A stretch of DNA of 64,000 bases from Colwellia maritima (GCF_022669015.1 NZ_JAKKSL010000001.1:600059-664058), one strand, 5' to 3'. Numbered from the stretch's first letter, positions 33,109 to 44,088 are shown. A program made the numbers and translations. The notes: a model not told the origin generated them from the sequence alone.

Positions 33109-36100
33109 ATGGAGACTTACATGACAGATAAGGAAAGTGTCGCCAATCAAGCGGTCGCAGAAGGGGGCTCATATGAGCTTATTAAACGCCGGCTATCCAC
33201 CTTAGGTAGTGATTTAAATACACAAATTAAACAGTTGAATAACGAACGTGTTAACACGTTTGGCTCAACTGATATGAAGGTTGATGCGCGAGTTAGGGTG
33301 CGAACTGAACATAATTGTGTTGCTAGAGATATCGTGGCGATAGGCGATACTTTATTATTTGGATACAACGTTTTTTTAGGCTTAAAACGTAACATCACCG
33401 TTGCAGATGTTTTCAGTCTACATCAAATTCAAGAACAGGAGGGTGAAGTTGATATTGTTGACGTGCCAATGCAGGGGAGTTTTCTAGAACACCCTAATTT
33501 TGTACGCGATTTTGATGAACTGTACACTTACTATAACAAAACTTTTTTAGCACATGTCTATCGGCAAGGCAGCAAGGTTTACGCAATATTCCGTATTGGC
33601 GAACGACTTGATGATATACGAGTGTTTCGATGGGCAATTGATGCTAATCAGCAGGTTACCTATATTGATAATCGTGGTGAACGAGATATAAAACAACCTG
33701 AGAACTTTGATTTTCAATGGCATAAAGTGACTCGAGAGCAACAAGAGCAGGGAAAATATCCGCACTTTAATTTATTTGATACCCTGTTTGTCGAAACAAT
33801 TGGTGGTTCGATTACTTTAAAAGTTGAAAATAATACCGCAGAAGGGCAAGGCATTTATTCAGAGCCTGTTGATGACCCACACCAATCTTTAGATGATGCC
33901 GATATTCGTTATGCCAAAGTTGGCGAACTTATTCTATTAAAAATAAAGCCTTACCGCGAAGACAAAACACGCCATTTAATATTTAATTGTAAAACGCAAC
34001 AAGTGCTTAGACAAGATGCCATCGCCCATGCCTGTATTCAATTACCCGAAGATCACGGTATTATTTTTCCGGGTGGTTATTATCTGCAAAGTGGTGAGCA
34101 TAAGAGTTTTGAAGACAGCGCAGAGGATCTGCAATTACATCGTGTGGCAAAATCTCCTAACGGCGAAGATTTTCTGTATATTTTTTATGAGCCCAATGAA
34201 GGTCAATATGCCTTATTTGGCTATAACTTAATTACCAGAACACTGCAAAATCCAATTTATGGTCATGGGCAAAGTATATATAACAATGGTCGAGCCGTTG
34301 TTTTTAGTGCTGAATCTGAGCCATCGCGTGTTCATGCCATGCAAATATGGCAAACCCCTTTTTGTAGCGAAGAGCATGCCAGTACGCAACCAGTGGATAA
34401 TAGTTTTTTTGGCAAAATTGGTAATCCTGAGTGGTTCGTGGTGTTTCTGACTTATACGGCGTTGTTAAACTGATCACCGTGGAACAACCTAGTGCGCAAC
34501 ATTTTAATGACTTAGTCAAAGAAGCGGCTCAGCTGTTTGATAAATATCACTGGCTTAATGATAAATCATTGGTATCACTTCATGGGCTTATAAAGCAAGT
34601 AGTGACCACGGCTGAATTAGTGTTAGATGAGTTTGAAAAAGTATCTAGCATTAAAGCAAATGCCGATAATGTGATGTCTGGCGCAAAAGAAAAGTTAGCA
34701 AAACTTAGCTTGCACTTGAAACACCCAAGCTTTAACACAGCTAAAGAATATGTCGATAATTTAGCTGAGCTAGCGCAATTTAAAGGTGAATTGATTTCTC
34801 ATAAAGAACTGCGTTATGTGGATGTAGACGAAATCCACACAATGGAAATTAATGTAGATGAGTTAACTAAGCGCCTTAGCCAAGCAACCGCAGACTTTTT
34901 ACAAAAAGACAAAGCGCTAACACCTTATCACGAGACCATTAATGAGTTAGATAAAGCAGTAGAAGCAAGTGAATCGATTACGGCTTTAAAACCTATTCGT
35001 ACGTCCATAGAGTCATTGGTGGCAGGGTTAGATCTACTAAACCACACTATGCTGACGTTAGATATTGAAGACAGTAGACAAAGAACGCGTATTTTAGAAG
35101 ATATTTCAACGGTTTTTAGTCAAATAAACCGTGTTAAAGCAAGTGCAGATATTGCGGCTAAAAACGTCGGCAGTAAAGAAGCGCGGGCTGAATTTGGTGC
35201 AAGGTTTAAACTATTAAGCCAGAGTGTTACAAGTGGTTTAAATGCTAGCGATAGCCCGCAAGCGTGTGATCAGCAGCTGTCTCAACTACTTATTCAATTA
35301 GAAGAGTTAGAAAGCCAATTTAGCGATTATGATGAGTTTTATCAGGAGATTCTCGCTAAACGAGATGAAATATACGATAACTTTGAGCAACATAAACAAC
35401 AGTTAATGGACGCCCAAGCAGCGCCGTTGTTTAAATTTGATGACGGCAGCAACACGTATCATCGAAGGGGTTATTCGTCGTAGTCAATCATTTAATGACC
35501 GAGATAAATTAAACAGTTATTTTTTGGTGACCCAATGGTTGCCAAGCTCAGACAACTTATTGAGCAGTTACGAACGCTTGATGATAATGTGCGCGCTGAT
35601 GACATTGACGCTCAATTGAAAAATGCCAAAGAGCAAGGGATCCGTTCCCTAAGAGATAAAACTGATATCTATTCGGCTGATGGTAGCTTAGTCAAAATTG
35701 GTGAACATCAATTTTCAGTGAATAAACAAAAATTAGAATTAACACTGTTACCGCGTGATCACACCATGGTATTGCATATTAGCGGCAGTGAATATTTTGA
35801 AACCCTTGCACCTGAGTTATTTGCCAATACTGAACACTTATGGCAACAAGAATTGGTGTCTGAATGTGAGAATGTGTATCGCGCAGAATACCTTGCTGCT
35901 ACTATTTTATTTGAAGCTGAAGTGTCAGGTAAAGCAAAGTTAGATAGCCTCAAAGCGGCAGTACAGCAAAATACGTTAGTTGATTTGGTAAGAAAAACGG
36001 CAGAACCATTATACCAAGAAGGTTACGACAAAGGCGTGCACGATGCTGATGCCGCACTAATCTTAACGCAATTATTATCCTTGAAAGAATCAATAGGACT

Positions 36101-38212
36101 ATTAGCTTATCCCGCTCAAGAACGAAGGTTAGCCGTGCTGTTTTTTACAACAGCACTCACAACAACTGAGCGAAATGACTTAATACATCGTTGTCAAAAC
36201 CTGCACTTAATGGAAGAAACATTTGGTAGTGGTCAATTACGACAACAATTAACCAAAGAACTCGCCGCCAAATTGGATAATTATCTTACCAGTCAACCGT
36301 GGTTAGTTTCTGACCCATTATTATCGGCAACCTATTTAGTGTACGAATTGGCATTAGGCGAAAAATTTGTTATTAAAGAAGCGAGTGTTGAATTAGCTGA
36401 ACAGTTAACCAGTCAGCTGAAACAAAAAAGCATAGAAAAGCAAATTAGTAGTGCGTTAGTCCGGTTGTTCTTCCATAGAGCAAAAATATCAACTACATCT
36501 TGCTTGGGTGCAATCATTTGTTAATTATCAGCATATTAGCAACCAATTAGATGTCATTATTGAAGCATCACTGTTTTTAATGATGTCAGATAAATGTGAG
36601 TTTTATACTTCTAACGCGAATACTGATTGTGTGGTGGAAGGACTACTCGGACAGCACACGCAAATTGTAGATAGAAAAATTGCAATTAACTATCAAGCAT
36701 TTATTTCAAAGTTACGTCAATTTAGTAACGAACGTGTTACTGCCTTTAAGAAATTTCATCAAAAGAAACAAAGTGTATTGGACGCACAGCGTAAACGATT
36801 ACGTTTAGAAGAATTCAAACCGAGAGCACTGTCTTCGTTTGTTCGAAATAAGCTGATTAATGATGTATATTTTCCAATTATAGGTACCAATTTAGCGAAA
36901 CAAATTGGTGCAGCAGGTAATAAAAAGCGCTCCGATTTAATGGGATTATTATTACTTATTTCACCGCCAGGTTATGGTAAAACAACCTTAATTGAATATG
37001 TTGCCAGTAAGTTAGGCATGACTTTCGTAAAAATTAATTGTCCCTCTATCGGTCATGATCAATTGTCACTTGACCCAAGCACAAGCTAGTAATTCAACCG
37101 CAGAAAATGAGGTGAAAAAAATCAATTTAGCGTTTGAAATGGGCAACAATGTCATGCTTTATCTTGATGATATTCAACATACTAATCCTGAATTTTTACA
37201 AAAATTCATTTCCCTATGTGATGGTTCAAGAAAGGTTGATGGCGTATTTAATGGTAAAAGCAAAACCTATGATATGCGTGGCAAAAAATTTGCTGTGGTG
37301 ATGGCAGGTAACCCATATACCGAATCGGGCGAAGCCTTTTCTATTCCTGATATGTTAGCCAACCGCGCAGACATTTATAACCTGGGTGATACCTTAAGTG
37401 GTCGTGAGCACGAATTCTCCTTGAGCTTTATTGAAAACAGTTTAACCAGTAACCGTTATATCGCGCCTTTAGCTACCCGAGATATGGATGATCTGTATAA
37501 ATTGGTTCAAATAGCTGACGGAAACCCAATAGCAACAACAGAATTGCAACATGGTTATTCACAAGCTGAAGTAAACGAAATAGTTGCCGTAATTAAGCGA
37601 ATTCGTAAGATTCAAGAAACAGTATTAAAAGCTAATGCCCAATATATAGCTTCTGCTGCACAAGACGATAAATACCGAACAGAGCCACCGTTTAAGTTGC
37701 AAGGTAGTTATCGAAACATGAATAAAATGGCCGAAAAAGTTGTGCCAGTAATGACCGATGAAGAAGTGGAACAACTTATTGCTGATCATTACCGTGGTGA
37801 GGCGCAAACACTTACTGTTGGCGCGGAAGAGAACCTATTGAAATTGGCAGAAATCAGAGGCAATCAAACCGCAGAACAGTTGACGCGTTGGCAACAAATA
37901 AAAGCAGACTATGTACGTCATAAAAATCTGGGTGATAATGACAACCCTATAGCGACAATTGCTAACCAAATATCGTTACTGCAACAAGGGTTGAATCAAA
38001 TTGGACAGGCGTTACAACAGCCTCAATCTGAGGGATTAGCCGCGTTAAATGAAACCCTAGCGAGCCTCAAGCTACAAGTTAATGTTGAAAAACCTGACCA
38101 CTCAGCTTTAGAGCAAGCAATGTCTTCATTTTCTGAACATGTCGACTCATTTTTAACGCCACTTGTAACCGTACTGCAAAGTAATAAAAGTGTTGTCTTT
38201 GGCGTTGGTTAA
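33109..38212 (+). CDS. Giant (~1,700 aa) uncharacterised protein with a C-proximal MoxR/dynein-type AAA+ module. It appears as five frame-shifted ORFs (33109..34473, 34431..35483, 35535..36524, 36508..37089, 37055..38212).
   Basis: Consecutive overlapping ORFs on the same strand have no RBS or gaps between them. Walker A LISPPGYGKTTL, Walker B VMLYLDDIQH and a MoxR-like sensor region FAVVMAGNPYTESGEAFSIPDMLANRADIYNL are present. There are N-terminal beta-rich and central coiled-coil regions. Confidence 0.5.
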
Positions 38213-38490
38213 TACGTTACAGAATATGGAGATAGGCTCCAGTGACACAGACATAAGTTCCAATACTGATTCGTCTAAGGCAAGTAAATCGAATAAAGTA
38301 CTAACAACTAATACCGAAGAGAAAACAGAAGATAACTCAGATGAAATTGTAATTAAGTGATGATTTTTGGTTTTAATTTTATTCATACTATGGGATATTA
38401 ATCTTAATGATGTTGACATAAGCTTGGAGTAGCTTAGATAAAACCATTATGGTCTGTTTACATTATTTATAATTTTAATTAGGAGATTTC

Positions 38491-38649
38491 ATGAAAAAAT
38501 TAATTGGTTTAGCTTTAACTATTGCAGTGCTTAGCGCTTGTTCACCAAAAATCGGCAGTGAAGAATGGTGTGCTTCGATGAAAGAAAAAGATAAAGGCGA
38601 ATGGACAGCGACAGAAGCTAAAGATTTCACTAAACACTGTATCTTTTAA
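38491..38649 (+). CDS. Small lipoprotein (52 aa, DUF3012-like)
   Basis: AGGAG RBS, signal peptide with lipobox LSAC, C-terminal Cys. Below the ORF-track cutoff. Confidence 0.45.
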   Translation: MKKLIGLALTIAVLSACSPKIGSEEWCASMKEKDKGEWTATEAKDFTKHCIF

Positions 38650-38717
38650 AAAACAATAAAGTGCTTAACAACTTTTAAAATAGCAGGGTACGATTTTACC
38701 CTGCTATATTTACTTTC

Positions 38718-40244
38718 TTAGTCCTTTTTATGAACCTGAATACTATATAAGTCATGGCGTCTATCGCGCATGGTATGTACTGCACCGTGATTATGTAGTT
38801 GTTTGAGCAAATCAATATTCACATCCACAATAACTGTCATTTCTGAATTTGGCGTTGCCTCGGCTTTAATACCCGTAGTTGGAAAGGCAAAATCAGCGGG
38901 CGTAAATACAGCAGACTGCGCATACTGAATATCCATATTGTTTACTTTGGGTAAGTTTCCTACTGCACCGGCAATGGCCACGTAACATTCATTTTCAATG
39001 GCCCTTGCCATGGCACAATGCCGTACTCGTGTATAACCGTTTTGTGTATCAGTTAAAAACGGCACAAATAAAATATTCATACCTTGATCAGCTAAAATTC
39101 TTGCGTACTCTGGAAATTCCACATCATAGCAAATAACAATGCCTATTTTTCCACAATCGGTGTCAAATACTTTAAGGTTGTTTCCCCCCACCATCGACCA
39201 ACTACTCACTTCAGTCGGCGTAAGGTGAATCTTGTCGTAACGTTCCCATGAGCCATCACGACGACATAAAAAACCAGAGTTATACAGGCTTTCATCAACG
39301 AAAAACGGCATACTACCAGTAATAATATTAATATTATAAGTGATGGCTAATTCAATAAATTTATCTCTAATTTGTTCAGTATACTCAGCTAATCGGCGAA
39401 TACTTTCTGTTAACCGTAAATGATTAAATGCGGCCATTAACGGGGCGTTGAATAATTCAGGAAACATGACAAAATCACTTTTGTAATCTGAAACAGCATC
39501 AACATAAAACTCCATTTGATCAAATAAATCATTAATGCCTTTCATCGACCGCATTTGCCATTGCACTAAACCTAACCTAACTTCTGAGCGTGGTGCATTG
39601 ATTAGTTTGACATTCTTAGTGTAAAAAATATTGGGCCATTCAAGTAGGGTGGCATACTCTAATGATTCTGTATCGCCAGATAAATACCCTGTGAGTAACT
39701 TACGTACATAAAAGTCATTAGCGAGTTGAAAACTTAAAACGGGATCATACAACTCTTTAATTTTTACTTTTTCTATGTATTGTTTGGCTGACATTGTACT
39801 CGCATGCTTTGCGTAATTTGGCATGCGTCCACCCGCGATAATGGCGCGTAAATTCAAATTTTCACACAGCTCTTTGCGAGCATCATATAAACGTCTTGCT
39901 AAACGCAAGCCTCGATATTCAGGATGAATGAAAACTTCAATGCCATACAAGGAATCTCCTTTCGGGTCATGATTGTCAAAGGTCATATTACTGGTAATTT
40001 CGGCATACGTATGCTCATCACCAAAATTAGCATATTCAATAATGAGTGAGAAAGCACAGCCGACAACGATACCATCAACCTCTACACAAATTTGACCATC
40101 AGGAAACTTAGTTAATAACGCTTTCACTGTGGGTTCATCCCACGTTGACAATTCTTTGTTAAGGTAAACCGACTCGCTTGCTTTACGTAGTTCAGTCATG
40201 TCTTGTAAGGTTAAATGACGAACGATGACACTATTAGCTTCCAT
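38718..40244 (-). CDS. Bifunctional GNAT N-acetyltransferase / carbon-nitrogen hydrolase (nitrilase superfamily) fusion protein
   Basis: N-terminal GNAT (HPEYRGLRLARRLY). The C-terminal CN-hydrolase has the catalytic triad Glu (FPE), Lys and Cys (VICYD). The start is assumed at MEANSV with an AGGAA RBS. Confidence 0.8.
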   Translation of the reverse strand: MEANSVIVRHLTLQDMTELRKASESVYLNKELSTWDEPTVKALLTKFPDGQICVEVDGIVVGCAFSLIIEYANFGDEHTYAEITSNMTFDNHDPKGDSLYGIEVFIHPEYRGLRLARRLYDARKELCENLNLRAIIAGGRMPNYAKHASTMSAKQYIEKVKIKELYDPVLSFQLANDFYVRKLLTGYLSGDTESLEYATLLEWPNIFYTKNVKLINAPRSEVRLGLVQWQMRSMKGINDLFDQMEFYVDAVSDYKSDFVMFPELFNAPLMAAFNHLRLTESIRRLAEYTEQIRDKFIELAITYNINIITGSMPFFVDESLYNSGFLCRRDGSWERYDKIHLTPTEVSSWSMVGGNNLKVFDTDCGKIGIVICYDVEFPEYARILADQGMNILFVPFLTDTQNGYTRVRHCAMARAIENECYVAIAGAVGNLPKVNNMDIQYAQSAVFTPADFAFPTTGIKAEATPNSEMTVIVDVNIDLLKQLHNHGAVHTMRDRRHDLYSIQVHKKD

Positions 40245-40752
40245 AAATATTCCTAGAAGTATTGATATTGCCACATTGTCTGCCAGTACTGGCGTAAAAG
40301 GCAATCAAATCTTAATGATCAAATCAAAATAATTGTAAATATTAGGTGAATTTATCCCTGTGAAAACCTGATTAATAGCAATATTTTTAGATAAAAAATA
40401 TTGCTATTTCATGTGTGTATGGCATAAAGATACTATTAAACATTTGCTATTAATTAAGATAGCAACAGTAGAAGCTTGTTTTAAAGCAAAGAATGGTTGT
40501 ATTTTTTCCGTCATTATTTTTATTGCTCAAAGGAATAGTAAAGGAAAACTCTGATACTAAATCTTGTTCAAGATGCAATTCAGACATGGTATTGCGAAAA
40601 GCCACTAAAGGTAAAAACGCAGGCAATGAGTTTTTAGGGATGTAGTGCATTTCCTAAATGCAGAAATGTGGTTGAAATTGGTTAGTAAAATTTAGGTTTT
40701 TAATAAAAAAATTCATTGCGCATATTTAGGCTCTGTTAAAAGGAATTGAAAA

Positions 40753-42945
40753 ATGAACAAACTAAGCATTAACTTTGAAAATTGTTACGGTATTAACAAA
40801 CTTGAATATGAATTTGATTCAGAAGAAAGTGGTAGCAGTAAAGGGGTCTATTCCATATACGCACCTAATGGTTTCATGAAAAGTTCATTCGCCAGAGCAT
40901 TTGAAGATGTACAGTTTGGGAAGTTAAGTCGAGATATTGTTTTTCCAGAACGAGAGACAAAAAGGGAAATAATTATTGATGCTGAGAATATAGAGCCTGA
41001 AAGTATTTTTGTCATTAAACCCTACAGTGAAAGTTATAGCTCAGAGAAAACCTCATTACTTCTTGTTAATGAGGAATTGAAAAAAAAATATGATATTGCA
41101 TTAAAAGAGATAGAGCAAAAGAAAGCAGGTTTAATCAAGTCGTTAAAAGAACAATCAGGGATAAAATCCAGAACGGTTTCCGTTGAATCAATACTATGTA
41201 AATCATTCGAAAAAAGTGAAAAGGATCTCTCTGATTTGTTTTCAGAATTGCTCGAATTGACAGATGACTTCTCTCATTTCTCAGGAATAAAGTATGGCGA
41301 TATATTTAACGATAAAGTTATCAAATTTCTTGAGTCAGGCGATTTAAGTAAAGAGCTTGAGGACTATATTCAAACTTATGACACCCTTATTGAAAAATCA
41401 CCTGTATTAACAAGGGAGTTTAATCATCAAAATGCGGTAATCATATCAAAAAGCCTAAAAGATACTGGTTTCTTTGGAGCAGAACATACAGTAAATTTAA
41501 CATTGCCTACAGGAAAGCATGAAGTATCTTCTCAGGAAAAATTGACCCAGTTAATCAAAGAAGAGCAGGATAAAGTAATTACTGATCCTGATTTATTGAA
41601 GAAATTTACTGCTATTGATAAAAAATTAAGTAATGCTGAAACTAAAAAATTCAGAGAGTATATTACTGATCATAAAGATTTATTACCTGAGTTGAAAGAA
41701 TACAGAAAATTTGAGAAAAAACTCTGGATTGCATATTTGCAAAAGCAACCCGAATTCTTGAGAGAGTTTGTAGCAACCTACCAAACCAATAAACAATTGA
41801 TTATAGATATAACTCAAGTCGCGAAAGATGAACAAACAATTTGGCAATCAGTCGTTTCTACTTTTAATAAACGATTTAATGTGCCTTTCAATTTAACAAT
41901 TGAGAATCAAGATGATGTTATTTTACAGAGTGCTTCTCCTACAATTGCTTTTGAATTTGATGATGGACGAGAAAAAAGGGATATTAATAAAACAGATTTA
42001 ATGGATGTTTTAAGTCAGGGAGAGAGAAGGGCTTTATATATACTTAATTTGTTATTCGAAATTGAAGTGAGATTACGGCACACAACGCCAACACTATTTA
42101 TTGTTGATGATATTGCAGATTCATTTGACTATAAAAATAAATATTCTATTGTCGAGTATTTAAAAGTTATAGCAGAGACAAGTTATTTTAAGGTTATTTT
42201 CTTAACTCATAATTTTGATTTTCATAGAACTATTTGCGGTCGTATTGGAATTTATGGAAATAAGCGTTTATTTACGATTAAATCTGACAGTAGAATTAAA
42301 TTTACTCAAGAAAAATATCAAAGAGATGTATTGAATCACTGGAAAACACAACTTCATATAGATATGAAATGTGTTTTGGCCTGCATACCATTTGCTAGAA
42401 ACCTATCTGAATATTGTGGAAACACAGGCGAGTATAATTTGTTAACAGCTCTCCTTCACCTTAAGCCAAATACTGATGATTTAAGGATTTCTGATCTCCA
42501 AACAATTTATCAAAATGTATTCACAGATAAAAGTAATGTTGAATTACCTGCACCTCAAAATCTGATAACTGAACAATTAATGCAGGTAAGTGAAGCTATT
42601 GTTGCAGAGGCCAGTGATGAAGCTCAACTCGAAGATAAAATAGTTCTTTCGATAGCCATAAGACTTGAAGCAGAAAAGTTTATGATACGAAAAATTAACG
42701 ATCAAGGCTTTGTAAATGATATTAGGACTAATCAAACACAAAAGCTCTATGAACGTTTTTGTAATGATTTTGGCGATGAGCAAGAAAGCATAATAGCACT
42801 TGACCAAGTAAACTTAATGACGCCTGAAAACATACATCTTAACTCTTTTATGTACGAACCGATTTTGGATATGTCAGCAATTCATCTATATAAATTATTT
42901 AATGATGTTAAAGCCCTAAATACTTCTGGTAACGACAATGATTAA
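40753..42945 (+). CDS. SMC/RecF-like ABC-type ATPase with a degenerate P-loop, a long coiled-coil insert and a ~250-aa C-terminal extension (candidate defense ATPase)
   Basis: N-terminal head with IYAPNGFMKSS in the Walker-A position, ABC signature LSQGERRAL, Walker B LFIVDDIAD and H-loop IFLTHN. About 350 K/E-rich residues lie between Walker A and the signature. Confidence 0.6.
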   Translation: MNKLSINFENCYGINKLEYEFDSEESGSSKGVYSIYAPNGFMKSSFARAFEDVQFGKLSRDIVFPERETKREIIIDAENIEPESIFVIKPYSESYSSEKTSLLLVNEELKKKYDIALKEIEQKKAGLIKSLKEQSGIKSRTVSVESILCKSFEKSEKDLSDLFSELLELTDDFSHFSGIKYGDIFNDKVIKFLESGDLSKELEDYIQTYDTLIEKSPVLTREFNHQNAVIISKSLKDTGFFGAEHTVNLTLPTGKHEVSSQEKLTQLIKEEQDKVITDPDLLKKFTAIDKKLSNAETKKFREYITDHKDLLPELKEYRKFEKKLWIAYLQKQPEFLREFVATYQTNKQLIIDITQVAKDEQTIWQSVVSTFNKRFNVPFNLTIENQDDVILQSASPTIAFEFDDGREKRDINKTDLMDVLSQGERRALYILNLLFEIEVRLRHTTPTLFIVDDIADSFDYKNKYSIVEYLKVIAETSYFKVIFLTHNFDFHRTICGRIGIYGNKRLFTIKSDSRIKFTQEKYQRDVLNHWKTQLHIDMKCVLACIPFARNLSEYCGNTGEYNLLTALLHLKPNTDDLRISDLQTIYQNVFTDKSNVELPAPQNLITEQLMQVSEAIVAEASDEAQLEDKIVLSIAIRLEAEKFMIRKINDQGFVNDIRTNQTQKLYERFCNDFGDEQESIIALDQVNLMTPENIHLNSFMYEPILDMSAIHLYKLFNDVKALNTSGNDND

Positions 42946-43669
42946 TCAGAAAAAGTTTCGGCCAATTTTGAATGATATTGCAACACGTTCATTTCGAGAT
43001 GTAGCAGATAATGACTATATTACTGCCCGTTTATGTTACATCAATCGTTTATACCCACAATATATTTGGTATTCACAACAAAGCGTTGAAAAATATTTAA
43101 AGGCGATATTGCTGTTTAACATGCAATCAACAAGAAAATTACGCCACAATCTTGAAAAAGCATATGAAAGAATAACTGAACTTATACCAAAGCTTGGAAT
43201 GGAATTATCTGACACGACAGTTAAGTATATTCAGTATTTGGACACTTGGGGGGAGAATAGGTATTTCGAAAAAGCTCATTTCATCTCCCCATGCAATAGA
43301 CTGGATAAACTAGATGAAGCCGTTTGGGAAATTAGGCGTTATTGCAAATATTTTAATAAGAACTATGAAAGCTACAAGCTTGAACTAGAACAGGCTCAAA
43401 AGGCAACATCAGATCAGAAAGTGCAGTTTATAACAAATGGTATTTTAGAGAAGATAATTAATAATGATAATCATATTCATCATTCAATACTTTTAACTTG
43501 TAATAGACACTTTGGTGACTTCTCTGAAGAAGTTCACACGCCACTTCATGCAATAAACCCAACGCAAACTTTACACCCTGAGTATTTCGAAGAACTAAAC
43601 AAGTACATACAGTTTCCAAAAGAAGTTGTTGATACATATAAGGAAATAAATAGCCACGCTGACCTATAG
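42938..43669 (+). CDS. HEPN-like alpha-helical protein (putative RNase effector), translationally coupled to the ATPase
   Basis: ATGATTAA overlap with the upstream stop. Residues 46-72 read SQQSVEKYLKAILLF…TRKLRHNLE, resembling the classical HEPN helix (QQAxEKxLKAxL…R-x-x-x-H). Confidence 0.4.
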   Translation: MINQKKFRPILNDIATRSFRDVADNDYITARLCYINRLYPQYIWYSQQSVEKYLKAILLFNMQSTRKLRHNLEKAYERITELIPKLGMELSDTTVKYIQYLDTWGENRYFEKAHFISPCNRLDKLDEAVWEIRRYCKYFNKNYESYKLELEQAQKATSDQKVQFITNGILEKIINNDNHIHHSILLTCNRHFGDFSEEVHTPLHAINPTQTLHPEYFEELNKYIQFPKEVVDTYKEINSHADL

Positions 43670-44023
43670 CTGAAATATCCTTATATGAGGTTCCTAATTA
43701 CAAATGAGAATTTGCCCCAGATGAGAATTCTGAGAATATTCACATTACCGATAAGATTAACCAATAATAAATAAAAAAATATTGATTAACGATTTTAGAG
43801 TTTGCACTTTACTTGGTTAGATGAATTGCTCCAAAGGGTGCATCTCTTAAATGAATACAGATGCAATTTCTGATAATAATATGATGAATATCTTTGTATC
43901 ATATGCCATACAAGGCTTTCAGCTAAATAACCGTCACAAAATTGATCGACTTCATTAGAAGCGCTCTCGCTCAATATTGGAATGATAAACCCGAAATAAT
44001 CACATAATAATAGCCCTTTCTTG

Positions 44024-44042
44024 CAACCGACCAATCGGTTTG
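44024..44042. promoter_or_regulatory. Palindromic operator-like site ACCGA-N4-TCGGT (copy 1) upstream of the TetR gene
   Basis: CAACCGACCAATCGGTTTG, 47 bp upstream of the ATG at 44089. Confidence 0.4.
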
Positions 44043-44088
44043 TTAATATTCAAACGTAAAATATTGTTAATTCTAAGAGTCTTAAATC

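Noticed and set aside
33109-38212. Alternative reading of the five ORFs as five separate genes of a multi-protein system
   Set aside because: The ORFs overlap or abut with no intergenic space or RBS-like sequences. The window shows the same fragmentation in many single-copy housekeeping genes, so one frameshifted giant gene is the simpler explanation. The alternative remains open.
43795-44034. 79-aa ORF on the minus strand in the AT-rich spacer after the HEPN-like gene
   Set aside because: No RBS, low-complexity composition, and it lies in an intergenic AT-rich region. A small toxin or antitoxin cannot be excluded, but there is no support for one.
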